A DNA stretch of 64,000 bases, taken from the NCBI GenBank assembly GCA_965250285.1, contig OZ252299.1:3712001-3776000 (forward strand). Direction: 5' to 3'. This document shows, in pieces, positions 21,112-32,074 of this stretch; within the stretch, counting starts at the first letter, position 1, and each line of letters opens with the position of its first letter. This DNA is from Myxococcota bacterium (GTDB lineage: Bacteria; Myxococcota_A; UBA9160; UBA4427). The notes below the pieces were generated by a model. That model saw only the letters and a program-made list of their open reading frames with translations, made no database searches and was not told the origin of the DNA. The position numbers were made by a program, and so were the translations under genes.

Positions 21112-22515
21112 ATGCACGCGAACTACGAGGTCAAGAACTGGGGCGGCACGATCACGTCGCATCCGTCGCGACTCGAGCGACCGTCGTCGATCGACCAGAT
21201 CCAAGACATCATCCGGAACGAGCGCGACTACCCGTCGCCGGTGCGTGCCGTCGGCTCGAATCACTCGACGACGCGATGTGGCGTCGCCGACGGCGGGACG
21301 CTGCTCGAGATGTGCGACGTCGACCACATCCATGTCGACCCCGACGCCTGCGAGGTCACCGCAGGCGCCGGCGCGATCTACATCGACGTCGCAGAGGCCG
21401 TGGCCGAGCACGGCTTCCAGCTCTTCGTGAACCCCGAGATCGGCAACGTCTCGGTGGGCAGCGCGTGCTGCGGGGGGACGAAGGACGCGTCGATGCCGGG
21501 TGAGAAACCCCAGCTCTCGAGCTACTGCGTGCGCATGAAGGTCGTCCGATCGAACGGCACGATCGCGACGATTCACGAGGGTGATGACGAGATGCAGATC
21601 ATGCGATCGAGCTACGGCATGCTCGGCATCGTCTACGAAGCCACCTTTCGCATCAAGCCGACCGTCGCAATGCGGTTCTCGCACGAGAGCATGAGCGTGG
21701 AAGCGTTCATCCGAAACTTCGACGAGATCAGGCAGAAGCCCTGCTCGATGATGCTCTACGTGCTGCCGTTCCGAGATCGCATCGTCATCGAATACCGCGA
21801 AGAGGTCGAGGATGGCCCCTTCTTTCGCAGCGACGCGCTGAAGTGGTGGCTACGCAACAAGGTCTGGAGCTTCATCGCGCCCGCCTTCGGCCGACTCTGC
21901 TCGTTCTGGATCCCGTTTCGACGCCCACGCTACGCGTTGGTCAATCTCTTCAACGATCTCGTCATCTGGGTGCTCTGCAATGTGCTCGAAGGCCGGGGCA
22001 GTCACCCGAAGGATCAGATCATCCGGTATCCCGACAAGGGAGGCTGGGGGATGTACACGTTCAGCATCTGGGCGTTTCCCGAGGAGCGGTTCCCCGAGAC
22101 CGTTCGAGACTACGTCGCCTTCTGCAAGCGCTACGACCGCGACCATGGGTACCGGTGCAACATGCTGAACGTCGGGTACCGCTTCGCTCAGGACGAGGGC
22201 TCGATCCTCTCGTACTCGTACACGGGCGACATGTGGAGCCTCGACGTGGTCTCGACGGGCGACGACGGGTGGGACCGCTTCGTTTGGAGCTACAACCGCT
22301 TCTGCAGCGAGAAGCGGGGCAAGCCGCTCTTCAATCAGACTCGCTCGATCACGCCCGAACAGGCCGCGGACGCTTTCCCCGGCCTGCTGGAGCAGTACCG
22401 CCAGGCGATCCTCGACCAGCCGAACTACGAGCGATTCCTGAACCAGTACTTCGCGTGGCTTCTGCGACTCTCGCCGGCATCGGCGGCCGTGCCGGGCGCA
22501 CCCGGCCAACCGTAG
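21112..22515 (+). CDS. FAD-binding oxidoreductase (VAO-type)
   Basis: SD GGAGG; NWGG, VRAVGSNHS, SSYGMLGIVYE, GKPLFNQ. Confidence 0.85.
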   Translation: MHANYEVKNWGGTITSHPSRLERPSSIDQIQDIIRNERDYPSPVRAVGSNHSTTRCGVADGGTLLEMCDVDHIHVDPDACEVTAGAGAIYIDVAEAVAEHGFQLFVNPEIGNVSVGSACCGGTKDASMPGEKPQLSSYCVRMKVVRSNGTIATIHEGDDEMQIMRSSYGMLGIVYEATFRIKPTVAMRFSHESMSVEAFIRNFDEIRQKPCSMMLYVLPFRDRIVIEYREEVEDGPFFRSDALKWWLRNKVWSFIAPAFGRLCSFWIPFRRPRYALVNLFNDLVIWVLCNVLEGRGSHPKDQIIRYPDKGGWGMYTFSIWAFPEERFPETVRDYVAFCKRYDRDHGYRCNMLNVGYRFAQDEGSILSYSYTGDMWSLDVVSTGDDGWDRFVWSYNRFCSEKRGKPLFNQTRSITPEQAADAFPGLLEQYRQAILDQPNYERFLNQYFAWLLRLSPASAAVPGAPGQP

Positions 22516-22554
22516 GCGCTCCGCCCGAGCCGGTCCGACGCTCGCGTCGTGCCG

Positions 22555-23643
22555 CTACGTGGTGGGTTGCTGGTGCGGATACCCGCCCTGGATCCACTCG
22601 TCGATGAGGCGGGTCACTTCGGCGGGCGCCTCCTGCTGCATCCAGTGCCCGCACGCCACGGTATGAACCTGCAGCGGCAGGTTGGCGTGGTTGATCATCC
22701 AGTCGGCTCGTTGGGGCGGCACCAGGGGGTCGTACTGGCCCGCGAGAAAGAGGATGGGGACGGCCTGGCTCTGCGCCGCGGTCGGCGACGGCGTGTACTG
22801 CGTCGGCTTCTCGGGCGGCGTCGACGTCGCATTTGCCTCGGCCTGGCGGTACGCGCGCCAGTCCGACCCGAGGTTGCGGTACCAGTTGATTCCGCCGGTG
22901 AAGCCGGTGTGGCTGTACATGTCGATGTAGACCCGAATCTCGTCTTCGGTGAGAAAGGGGAGATCACCGAGCGGCGGATCGTCGAGGAAGATGCCGACGG
23001 GCAGGACGACCAGCTTGTCGCCGAAGACCTTCATCAGCTGGGGAAGCGTCTTCGTCGTCGTTCTCAGGATCGTGCGAAAGACGCGGCCGACGTCTCCCTC
23101 GAGGACTGTCTCGGCCACCGCGTCGTTCGGGAGGACATCACTCAGCTGGCGCTGGAAGCACACGACGTAGTTCTCACCGCCGCGCTTGGCGGCCAGCGCC
23201 TCGATCGGGTTGATCGCGAGCTTCTCTCTCATCGGAATGTTGAGTGAGACGATCGCCTTGCAGAGGCCCGGCTGCATCGCGCGCATCGCGTACGCAAGAT
23301 TGCTGCCCATGTCGTGCCCCACGAAGACGGCCTGTTCGATCTCGAGCTCGCGAAGCAGCGCGACCATGTCGCCCACGAGCGTCTTCATCTGATACTTCGA
23401 GGCGTCCTTGGGCGCGGTCGTGTCTGCGTAGCCGCGCAGGTCGGGGGCGATGGTGCGGTAGCCCCGCTCCCCGAGCGCTTTCAGCTGGTGCCGCCACGAG
23501 TACGCCATCTCGGGAAAGCCGTGAAGGAAGACGATCGCGGGCTTCTCGTCGCTCGGCTCGATCTTGTCGGAGTGCTGGTACACGCACATCTCGATCTCTT
23601 TGTCGATCTGCACGATCGTGTGCGGCGCAAAGTCGAGCGGCAT
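22555..23643 (-). CDS. Soluble epoxide hydrolase-like alpha/beta hydrolase
   Basis: HGFPE, PDLRGY, GHDMG, TGGINWYRN, CGHWMQQE. Confidence 0.9.
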   Translation of the reverse strand: MPLDFAPHTIVQIDKEIEMCVYQHSDKIEPSDEKPAIVFLHGFPEMAYSWRHQLKALGERGYRTIAPDLRGYADTTAPKDASKYQMKTLVGDMVALLRELEIEQAVFVGHDMGSNLAYAMRAMQPGLCKAIVSLNIPMREKLAINPIEALAAKRGGENYVVCFQRQLSDVLPNDAVAETVLEGDVGRVFRTILRTTTKTLPQLMKVFGDKLVVLPVGIFLDDPPLGDLPFLTEDEIRVYIDMYSHTGFTGGINWYRNLGSDWRAYRQAEANATSTPPEKPTQYTPSPTAAQSQAVPILFLAGQYDPLVPPQRADWMINHANLPLQVHTVACGHWMQQEAPAEVTRLIDEWIQGGYPHQQPTT

Positions 23644-23797
23644 CGGGGCGACCTCTCCTCGGTCAGTTGAGAAGTCACCATACCCGACGCGTCCCCTCGT
23701 CGACGGAGCGGTTCGAAGAACTGCAAACCGATTTACACACTGGCGCGAGACCGCGTGGGGTCTGCGCCTCACCCCAACACGGGGCGTTCGGGCTTCG

Positions 23798-25300
23798 TCA
23801 GGGGCGAGCCACGCGGCTGCTCACGTAGACCGACGTCGAGGGGTGATGCAGCTTCCACGCGAACCAGTACGCCTGAACGCCGACCATGCGTTCGAAGCGC
23901 TGGCCGTCGGGACCGCTGAGCCCGGCTTCTTCGACGCGCCAGCGCAAACCGGCTGCATCGACGAGGTAGTCGGCATCGGGCTCGCGCACGACGCGCTCGA
24001 AGCGCACCCCCTTCACAGCGTATGCCCGCACTTCGGCACCCGCTTCGTAGCGAAGCCGCAATCGAGTGCGGGCACTGCGCCCATCGACGCGAATCGGCGG
24101 GCGTGGCGCAACGATCACGACGGATCGATCGCCGAGGCGATCCTGCACGAGCCTTTCGCGGGTGAGATCTCGAATGGTGTAGGCGCGCACGTCGTCATCG
24201 GCCTCGAGCCCGAAGACGCGGGTCTTGGGCGGCATCAAGGGCGTCGGCTGCACCGGAAACATGGTGTCGCCCGAGGCGAAGTAGTCGGCGTAGGCCGCGC
24301 CCGGCTCGTAAGGCCGACGATGACCGGTCTGCAGCGAGAGCACCTTCGTCTCGGGGTGTCGACGGCGCCAGTCGCTCCACGTCGTCACGACGCTGGGGAG
24401 GGCCCGCAATCGAACGGCAGGACCGTCGACCAGCGGGCCCAGCACGGGGCGCCCGCTCAGCTGGTCCCACAGCGTGCGCGTCTGGCGGTCGACCATGAGC
24501 TTGTTGCTTCGCATCAACAGCCCCGACGATCCGAAGTCGTACACGGTGCCGTCCGGAGCGCGGCGATCGTATGCGATCCCCGAGCCACAGAGCGTGCAGT
24601 AGGCGAGCGCGATGGGGACACCACCGATCGTGTCGTTCGCCATCTCGTGCCAGTCGAGAATTCGCAGCGGATACGCTCGCGCGTCGCCGTCGACGACGAT
24701 GCCGAAGACGGGCTCCCCCGGTCGCAGGTACGACGCCGCGCCAGCATCGATCATGGTCGGGTCGGCGAGCGCCGGGATCCCCTCGTAGCGCACACCGCCC
24801 CAGACGATCTCCTCGACGCGGATCGCCGAAGGCATGCCCGTCGCGAGGAGCGGCCCGAACGCTGGGTCGATTCTCGAAAGCAGCTGCCCCTTCCAACCCG
24901 TGAAGCCGGGCGGCGGCTCGTGCTCATGGGCGGCATACCAGCTGACCCAAGCGGACCATGCGTCGCCCTGGGACTCGCCGCTCAGCGCTTCGAGCGAGGC
25001 GACCAGCTCATCGCGACGCAGTCCCTCGACGAGGTCGAGATCGTCGGCGCGCAGCAACTCGATGAGCGGGGCGATGAAGCGCGGATCACCCGTCGCGCCG
25101 GCTTGCCGCACGGCCGACCGCGCGGTCGTCGGATCCCGGCTCTTGAGCGCGCCCAGCAGCAGCGCGACTTCGCTCGGGGCCAGCTCGGCGGCGCGGGCGA
25201 TCGTCGGGACGGGCCCGCTCGAGACCATAAGGCCAAGGAGGAGAAGACAAGAAAGAAGATGCGATCGTCCGCGTCCCGGCGGGCCTCGGCGGCTCAGCAT
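23798..25300 (-). CDS. DUF3179 domain protein (Cys form), secreted
   Basis: Signal-like N-terminus; WGGV..EGIPAL, ARAYPLRILDWHEMAND, YCTLCGS, SNKLMVDRQT, YWFAW. Confidence 0.85.
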   Translation of the reverse strand: MLSRRGPPGRGRSHLLSCLLLLGLMVSSGPVPTIARAAELAPSEVALLLGALKSRDPTTARSAVRQAGATGDPRFIAPLIELLRADDLDLVEGLRRDELVASLEALSGESQGDAWSAWVSWYAAHEHEPPPGFTGWKGQLLSRIDPAFGPLLATGMPSAIRVEEIVWGGVRYEGIPALADPTMIDAGAASYLRPGEPVFGIVVDGDARAYPLRILDWHEMANDTIGGVPIALAYCTLCGSGIAYDRRAPDGTVYDFGSSGLLMRSNKLMVDRQTRTLWDQLSGRPVLGPLVDGPAVRLRALPSVVTTWSDWRRRHPETKVLSLQTGHRRPYEPGAAYADYFASGDTMFPVQPTPLMPPKTRVFGLEADDDVRAYTIRDLTRERLVQDRLGDRSVVIVAPRPPIRVDGRSARTRLRLRYEAGAEVRAYAVKGVRFERVVREPDADYLVDAAGLRWRVEEAGLSGPDGQRFERMVGVQAYWFAWKLHHPSTSVYVSSRVARP

Positions 25301-25595
25301 GTTTGACTCTACGCCCTCTCGTGGCAGAGGTTACGCCCGACTCGGCCCACGCGACCGACCCGAGAGAAGCGAAAAAACGAGCAAACTCAATAGGTCAAGA
25401 CCCGATCTGCACATGTGTTGCGCATCCGACCGCGGCCCCTTGGGCGACCGCCCCGCGTGCCCCCTTCGGCCTGTCACCCAGTGATGGGCCGGTGGATCTC
25501 CGCTCACGCGATCTCCTCGCGAATGCGGATCGATTTCTCGACACATTCGGTCCTCAGACGAATACGATGGGGTCTCCTGGGAAGGAGAAGTACTT

Positions 25596-26234
25596 ATGCG
25601 GCCCTTGGTACGTCTGGCCTCCCATGGAGGCCTGCGAACGTCGCTCTTGGCGTTCGTGTTCATCGCGGCCCTGGCAGTGGGAGGGTCGGCGGCAGCCGGC
25701 ACGATCCTGCCGGGCCAATACTTCCTGCTCGATCATCCCGATGGTGAGATCAGCCCTCCGCCGTACGGCTTGCGGATGGACGATCTCGGGTACACGTTCA
25801 GCACCGAGCTCAATGGTGCGAGCGTGATCCTCGACTGGGACGATCTCGCGGGAACCGCCACGATCAGTGGCACGCTCTGGAACAACCAGCTCAGCGAGCT
25901 GTGGACCGTGAGCTACACGCTGACCGGCGTCGTCGCAGAGCCCGGCAATCTGGGCTTCAAGGCGAGCGCGGGCAGCGGCTTGCTCACCGATCCGCTGCTC
26001 AACGACACGGTGCTGACCGGTGAGTCGATGGGCGGGGGTGGCCCCGTCTTCGAGTTCCTCGCCGACGGCTATCGAATCTCGGGCGACAACGACACGCCCG
26101 TGGGACGCGGCTGGCTGCTGCCGGCCGGGTCGACCGATGACTGGCTCGTGACCGCGGTGCCGGTGCCCGAGCCGACGACCGCGCTCATGCTCGGACTCGG
26201 TCTCGCCGTGATGGGTGTTCGACGACGCAACTGA
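25596..26234 (+). CDS. PEP-CTERM surface protein
   Basis: Signal peptide; C-terminal VPEPTTALMLGLGLAVMGVRRRN. Confidence 0.9.
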   Translation: MRPLVRLASHGGLRTSLLAFVFIAALAVGGSAAAGTILPGQYFLLDHPDGEISPPPYGLRMDDLGYTFSTELNGASVILDWDDLAGTATISGTLWNNQLSELWTVSYTLTGVVAEPGNLGFKASAGSGLLTDPLLNDTVLTGESMGGGGPVFEFLADGYRISGDNDTPVGRGWLLPAGSTDDWLVTAVPVPEPTTALMLGLGLAVMGVRRRN

Positions 26235-26560
26235 CGCAACGCAACGCAGCAACGTATTCGCGCCATCGAAGACGCGCTCCGGCCGACCGGCCAGGGCGCG
26301 TCTTCTTCGTTCGGGCCCGGCTCTCCGGGTGAGGATGCAGCACGCGCTGCGTCACGGCCCGATCCGCCCGCCGATCGGGACGGTCGTGCGAGGCGCACCG
26401 GCCGCCGGCCGCCGGCTGCGCTTCAGTGCGTCGTTTCACCCGCGCCCGCGCGGGCGGGCACGCATCATGCCTATGTGGGCCCTTCGATATCGATTGAGTC
26501 GAACACACGGGTACGCGTAGGATGTGGAAGGCCGCATCCACCCACCCTGAGGATCCCGAC

Positions 26561-28126
26561 ATGACCCGCTCGGTTCGACTGTGCCTCGCCCTGCTCCTGC
26601 TCCTCGTCACGCTGCCGCTTCTCGGTACGAAGTGCAGCAGCCCCTTCCTGCGCGCCGGCGTCTGCAAGCGCGACATCACGCCCATCAGCCCTTCGCTCGC
26701 GTCGGCGTACGAAGCGCAGTTCGGCGGCGTGGCCGAGGTGAATCACACCGATCCCGTCTGGATCGCAGGCTTCGGCAGCGGTCGCGCTGCGACCGGGTAC
26801 AACGATCAGATCTGGGCGCGCGGTCTGGTGCTCGAGGGGCTCGGTCAGCGCGTCGCGATCGTGTCGCTCGACCTGATCGGCTACCTGAACGGCGAGGTCG
26901 ATACGATCCGCGCCCTGGTCTCCCCCGACAGCGAGATCGACTACGCCGTCGTGACCAGCACGCATCAGCACGAGGGTCCCGACACGATCGGCATCTGGGG
27001 CCCGAGCGAGCTGGAGACCGGGATCGACTTCGGATACCTCGACTTCGTGAACGAGAGCGTCGCATCGTGCATCGATGAGGCCGCAGAAAACCTCGAGCCC
27101 GCCCGCGTCAAGTTCGCGACCACCGACAGCGTCGGTCTCAGCCTCGGCCTCGACGTCGAGGACGACGGAGACGGCGTGGCCGACAGCCGCGTCCTCGTGG
27201 GCGACGACGAGATCGCGCCCGACACCGACGGGCGCATCGTCGACTCGCGCCTGTCGATCATGCAGATCACCAAGCGGTGGGGAAAGAAGGACGTCCTCGC
27301 GACGCTGGTCAACTTCGCGAGCCACCCCGAGAGCCTCGGCAGCAACAACACGCTGATCACGAGCGACTTTCCGCACTACGCGCGTGAACGCATCGAAGCC
27401 GACGCGGGCGGAACGGCGATCTGGGTGAGCGGCGACCTCGGCGTGCTGCTCGGCCCGCTCGACATCGACGTGCTCGACCCCGATACGAACGCGCCCGCCG
27501 TGCGCCGCACCTTCCGATGGGCCGAGGTGCACGGTGACCAGCTCGGTGAGCGCGTCGTCTCGGCGATTCCGAGCAAGCGAGGTTCGTCGTTCGGCCTGCT
27601 TCGCTACTCGACGAACCCGACGGTCCCGGTGCGACTCGACAATCCGTACTTCCGCTTCTTCATCGCGATCGGCGTGCTGAACCCGCGTCTCGATCTCTTC
27701 ACCGATGGAGAGCCCGATGACGGCGTCGGCTTCCCGTACCCGCCGCCCTTCGACTCGATCCCTCTGGCGACCGGCGACGATCTCCAGACCGAGGTGGGTG
27801 TCTTTGCATTGAACCACTCGAGCTTCGCCGTCGTGCCGAGCGAGCTCGACCCGCAGATCGGCGAGCAGTACCGGGCCGCCATGACCGGCGCGGATCACAC
27901 CTTCATCATCGGGCTCGGCAACGACGAGATCGGCTACCAGCTGCCGGCCGAGAAGTGGGACGACAGCTGCCACGCCTGCGCGCCGTTCGTGCTCGGGGGC
28001 GTGCCCGAGCTGTGCCCGCTGTTCCCGAACATCGACTGCAACACGGTCTTCCAGAACAACGTCGGGCAGGAGGTGGATCCGACCATCTCTGCGGCGCTCT
28101 ACCCGCTCATCGAGGAGCTTCACTGA
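26561..28126 (+). CDS. Neutral/alkaline ceramidase-like secreted hydrolase
   Basis: Signal peptide with Cys; RAGV..DITP, STHQHEGPD, NFASHPE, GLGNDEIGY. Confidence 0.7.
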   Translation: MTRSVRLCLALLLLLVTLPLLGTKCSSPFLRAGVCKRDITPISPSLASAYEAQFGGVAEVNHTDPVWIAGFGSGRAATGYNDQIWARGLVLEGLGQRVAIVSLDLIGYLNGEVDTIRALVSPDSEIDYAVVTSTHQHEGPDTIGIWGPSELETGIDFGYLDFVNESVASCIDEAAENLEPARVKFATTDSVGLSLGLDVEDDGDGVADSRVLVGDDEIAPDTDGRIVDSRLSIMQITKRWGKKDVLATLVNFASHPESLGSNNTLITSDFPHYARERIEADAGGTAIWVSGDLGVLLGPLDIDVLDPDTNAPAVRRTFRWAEVHGDQLGERVVSAIPSKRGSSFGLLRYSTNPTVPVRLDNPYFRFFIAIGVLNPRLDLFTDGEPDDGVGFPYPPPFDSIPLATGDDLQTEVGVFALNHSSFAVVPSELDPQIGEQYRAAMTGADHTFIIGLGNDEIGYQLPAEKWDDSCHACAPFVLGGVPELCPLFPNIDCNTVFQNNVGQEVDPTISAALYPLIEELH

Positions 28127-28130
28127 GCGG

Positions 28131-29534
28131 ATGACTTCGCGGGAGCGCCGGGGCAAGCGCGTCTCTCGGGCGCGTGACACAGACCGCATCGGGTTCAGCG
28201 CGGCGGCGGGCTTGCGGTTCGGCGCACGGTCGACGCTGCTCTTGATCGCGCTCGCAGCGACCGCCGCGTCGAGCCACATCGTCTACGGGCAGCCGACCCT
28301 GATGTCGCTCGTCGGCGGGGCCGACGTCGTCGCCTACGTGCGCGTGGTCGACGCGAACGGCCACGTCGAGGTCGGGGCCCATCGTGCGCAGCACGCGCCC
28401 GATGCCCACCCACACGGCACGCCCGATCACGATCACGCGACGGGGACGAACCTGGCCGGGCACGACCACGGCCCCGATGGCGCACCGGTCTCTCGGACGC
28501 CCGATCGGCGGCCCGTCACTCGGGTCGAGGTGCTCGAGGCGCTGAAGGGCCCGGTGAGCGCGGGCGAAACGCTTCAGTTCGCGGCGCATGGTCACGGTGT
28601 CGCCGAGTACGTCGATGGCGAGCGGGCCCTCGTCTTTCTGCTACCGATCGAAACGAACCAGGAGCTCGACGTGCTCGCCCAGAGTGGTCTGCGGTGGGTG
28701 TCGTATCAGGAGCACGCGACGCGGTATCCGATCGAGGGCGAAACGGGCGAGCGCGCGCTCGCCGCCGCGAGGCGGTACGCAGCAGCGCGACGCATCGACG
28801 ACCCCGAGCAGCGCATCGCCGCTCTGCAGGTCGCCACGCTCGCTGCGTTGCGATCGGGCGACGACCGGCTCGCGGCCGATGCCGTGCAGGATCTCTCGAT
28901 GGGCGAGTCGACCCTGCAGCTCGACCCCGCGAGCGTTCCGCAGCTCCTCGACGACATCGTCCACGACGCGTCGACGTCGATCGGGGTGCGCGTGGCGCTG
29001 CTGAACGAGCTCGGACAGCGGCAGCTGGTCGAGACGGTGCCCCACTGGCTGAACCTGATCGAGACCGTCCCGTTGCCCGACCGGCTTCAGGTCGTGCGCG
29101 CGGCCGGTCTGCAGCGCTCGCCCGCCATCGAGCGTCGCCTGGTCGCGATGCTCAACGACGAGCGGGCGCTTGCCGAAGCTGCGGCGCTCTCAGACAAGGC
29201 GGCGCTTCCAGAAGCCGCGGCGCTCTCAGAAGCCGCGGCGCTCTCAGAAGCCGCGGCGCCCTCGGAAGCCGCGGCGCTCTCAGAAGCTGCGGCGCTCGCC
29301 GAAGCCGCGGCGCTCGCGCTCGGCCACCCTCACCACGCGGCCGCCGTGCCCGCCCTCGCGCTCGCCCTCGACGCCGACGCGCCGCGCACACGCAACGCCG
29401 CGATTCGGTCGCTCGGCCGCATCGGCGACCCCGCCGCCCTGCGCGCGCTCGAGTCGGCGGCCGCAAACCACGAAGACGCATCGACCCGCAGACGCGCCGG
29501 TGCCGAGATCAGGCGAAGACAGCAGGGGTCATGA
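28131..29534 (+). CDS. Exported HEAT-repeat protein with His-rich loop
   Basis: Signal-like segment, His-rich insertion, C-terminal RNAAIRSLGRIGD HEAT repeats. Confidence 0.7.
   Translation: MTSRERRGKRVSRARDTDRIGFSAAAGLRFGARSTLLLIALAATAASSHIVYGQPTLMSLVGGADVVAYVRVVDANGHVEVGAHRAQHAPDAHPHGTPDHDHATGTNLAGHDHGPDGAPVSRTPDRRPVTRVEVLEALKGPVSAGETLQFAAHGHGVAEYVDGERALVFLLPIETNQELDVLAQSGLRWVSYQEHATRYPIEGETGERALAAARRYAAARRIDDPEQRIAALQVATLAALRSGDDRLAADAVQDLSMGESTLQLDPASVPQLLDDIVHDASTSIGVRVALLNELGQRQLVETVPHWLNLIETVPLPDRLQVVRAAGLQRSPAIERRLVAMLNDERALAEAAALSDKAALPEAAALSEAAALSEAAAPSEAAALSEAAALAEAAALALGHPHHAAAVPALALALDADAPRTRNAAIRSLGRIGDPAALRALESAAANHEDASTRRRAGAEIRRRQQGS
29175..29318 (+). repeat. Intragenic tandem repeat, 8 x 18 bp (EAAALS)
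   Basis: Consensus GAAGCCGCGGCGCTCTCA; 8 consecutive units counted. Confidence 0.9.
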
Positions 29535-29558
29535 AGCGGGGCGCGTCGCCGCCCCGAC

Positions 29559-31574
29559 CTAGGCGGCGTCGCTCGGCCGCGGCCCGAGCAGCTCGGCGAG
29601 ATCGGTCTGATCGATCTTCTCGCGTTCGAGCAGGCGGGTGGCCAGCGCCTCGAGCTGATCGCGATGCGCTTCGAGCAGCGCCTTGGCTTCGGCGTACCCG
29701 CTCTCGAGGATCGCGAGCTGTTCCTCACCGAGCCGCCGCTCGATCTCGGCGGAGTGCTCGCCCGAACCGGACCGGTTCCCGAGAAAGTCGGGCTGACCCG
29801 CACCGAGCGACAGGTTCGGCATCTCCTGGCTCATGCCATACACGGTCAGCATGTCGCGAATGATCCGACTCGCCTTGTCGAGGTCGTCCGAGGCCCCGGT
29901 CGAGATGTCGCCGAAGACGAGCTCTTCGGCTGCACGACCGCCGAGCAACGTGCGCACGCGGCCCAGCACCTCGCTGCGCGACATCAGAAAGCGGTCCTCG
30001 AGCGGCGCCTGCAGCGTGTAGCCCAGCGCGCCCTGCCCGCGCGGCACGATCGAGACCTTTTGTACGGGGTCGGCACCCGGCGTGAAGTAGCCGACGAGCG
30101 TGTGGCCGCTCTCGTGGTACGCGACGCGCCGGCGCTCGGCCTCGTTCATGACGCGCCCCTTGCGCTCGAGGCCGCCGATCACGCGCTCGAGCGCATCCTG
30201 GAAGTCGGTCATCGCCACCTCGTCGACGTCTCGACGCGAGGCGAGCAGCGCGGCCTCGTTGCAGAGGTTCGCGATGTCGGCGCCCACCATGCCCGCGGTC
30301 TCACCCGCGAGCCGGTCGAAGTCGACGTCCGCCGCGAGCGGCAGCTCGGCCGCGTGCACTTCGAAGATCGCGCGGCGGCCATCGCGGTGGGGCCGCCCGA
30401 CGAGGATCTGACGGTCGAAGCGCCCCGGCCGCAATAGCGCGGGATCGAGCACCTCGGGGCGGTTCGTCGCGCCCATCAACACGACCGCCGAGTGGGCGTC
30501 GAACCCGTCGAGCTCGACGAGCAGCTGATTCAACGTGTTCTCGCGCTCGTCGAAGCCGCCGACCGGCGACTGCGCACCGCCCCGCGCGCGCCCGATCGCG
30601 TCGAGCTCGTCGACGAAGATGATGCAGGGCGCGCGCTCCTTGGCGGCCCGAAAGAGATCGCGCACGCGCGAGGCGCCGACCCCGACGAACATCTCGACGA
30701 AGTCCGAGCCGCTCAGGCTGAAGAACGGCACGCCCGACTCACCGGCGACGGCGCGCGCGAGCAGCGTCTTGCCCGTGCCCGGGGGCCCCACGAGCAGCAC
30801 CCCCTTCGGCAGCTTCGCGCCAAGGCGCGTGAAGCGATCGGGCTCTTTCAAGAACTCGACGATCTCACGCGTCTCTTCGACGGCCTCGTCGACGCCGGCC
30901 ACGTCCTTGAAGTGAACCTTCTCTTCGGCCGAAGCCTCATAGACCTTCGCCTTGCTCTGACCCATCTGAAGCGGACCGCCGATGCCGGCGCCCGACATGC
31001 GCTTCATGACGAAGCCCCAGACGATGAACAGGATCGCGAACGGCAGGATCCAATTGGAGAGCAGGTTGCGCAGGTAGTGCGTCTCGATGCGGCGGCTGAA
31101 CTCGACCCCGTGCTTGTGCAGCCGGTCGACCAGGGTCGAGTCGGTCACCGGCGTGACGACGAAGTGAAGCTTCGCTTCGGCCTCGGCGGCCGCCTCGGAA
31201 GCCTCGATGCGCGACTCGACCCCCTTGAACCAGCCGACGATGTCGAAGTGCCAGGGCGCCTTCTTGACGGGCGGCGTGTGAGGCGCCTTCGTCTCGTCCG
31301 ACTTGGGCTTGCTCTCGTCGCGCAGAAGCCCGTAGATCTTCTCGTCCGTGAGGACGACGCTCTGCACCTTGCCGGCGTCGATTCGATCAAGGAACTCGCT
31401 GTACGGCATCTGCGGGCTCGGCGAGCCACCGAACAGCGCCGAGTCGAGCAGATAGATCGAGCCGAAGATGAAGATGTAATAGAGGAGCGATACGCCGGCG
31501 CGGCCACCGAGCGACGGCATCGGGCCCCCTCCGTCGGAACGCTCGGGCGTGCCCTGGTCGCGCGCGTCAGCCAT
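29559..31574 (-). CDS. ftsH: ATP-dependent zinc metalloprotease FtsH (likely secondary paralogue)
   Basis: Two TMs, [49 protein letters not shown]. Confidence 0.95.
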   Translation of the reverse strand: MADARDQGTPERSDGGGPMPSLGGRAGVSLLYYIFIFGSIYLLDSALFGGSPSPQMPYSEFLDRIDAGKVQSVVLTDEKIYGLLRDESKPKSDETKAPHTPPVKKAPWHFDIVGWFKGVESRIEASEAAAEAEAKLHFVVTPVTDSTLVDRLHKHGVEFSRRIETHYLRNLLSNWILPFAILFIVWGFVMKRMSGAGIGGPLQMGQSKAKVYEASAEEKVHFKDVAGVDEAVEETREIVEFLKEPDRFTRLGAKLPKGVLLVGPPGTGKTLLARAVAGESGVPFFSLSGSDFVEMFVGVGASRVRDLFRAAKERAPCIIFVDELDAIGRARGGAQSPVGGFDERENTLNQLLVELDGFDAHSAVVLMGATNRPEVLDPALLRPGRFDRQILVGRPHRDGRRAIFEVHAAELPLAADVDFDRLAGETAGMVGADIANLCNEAALLASRRDVDEVAMTDFQDALERVIGGLERKGRVMNEAERRRVAYHESGHTLVGYFTPGADPVQKVSIVPRGQGALGYTLQAPLEDRFLMSRSEVLGRVRTLLGGRAAEELVFGDISTGASDDLDKASRIIRDMLTVYGMSQEMPNLSLGAGQPDFLGNRSGSGEHSAEIERRLGEEQLAILESGYAEAKALLEAHRDQLEALATRLLEREKIDQTDLAELLGPRPSDAA

Positions 31575-31750
31575 CCCCGTTCTGATTCCTCCGGACCCGC
31601 GTGGTTGCGATGACAGCGGCCCGCCGCAGACCGGATCGCCCGTTTCGGGTACTCTGCCGGCTACGCACCCGCTTCGCCAGACGTCGCGACGCGAAGCCCG
31701 ATGGCACGCGACCGACCGACAGCGCGATGGGACCTCTTGGGAGCAGATCG

Positions 31751-31912
31751 ATGCTGAATCTACAGAGCCTGCTCGTCTTCGTGGGCCTGCTGGTCGTGCT
31801 GAACTTCGTGCTGAGCGAGGTCGACTACGGTGTCCATATTTCGATCGTCGGCAGCCTCGTGCTCACGGTGGTCGTCTCGCTCGTGATGGGCAGCTTCTCG
31901 AACCGACGCTGA
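31751..31912 (+). CDS. Small 2-TM membrane protein (53 aa)
   Basis: SD GGAG; MLNLQSLLVFVGLLVVLNFVL...ISIVGSLVLTVVVSLVM. Confidence 0.6.
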   Translation: MLNLQSLLVFVGLLVVLNFVLSEVDYGVHISIVGSLVLTVVVSLVMGSFSNRR

Positions 31913-32074
31913 CGCGACGGTGCACCCGTGATCGCGGCGTGCGTGGCCCGTGGCGGCATTCGCCGGCAGCATCACTTCCTGCGACGCCGGCGAGAGCGCG
32001 CGCGATCGGCCGAAGACGAAGCGCCGAACGCGCTGTGGAACCGACGGTGCAGGGTCGCGGCCGAACTGAACCCA

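Noticed and set aside
26224..26254. Short (ACGCA)n-like run after the PEP-CTERM gene
   Set aside because: Too short and degenerate to assign a function.
29175..29318. Regular repeats as a CRISPR array
   Set aside because: No spacers, in-frame inside a CDS, no cas genes.
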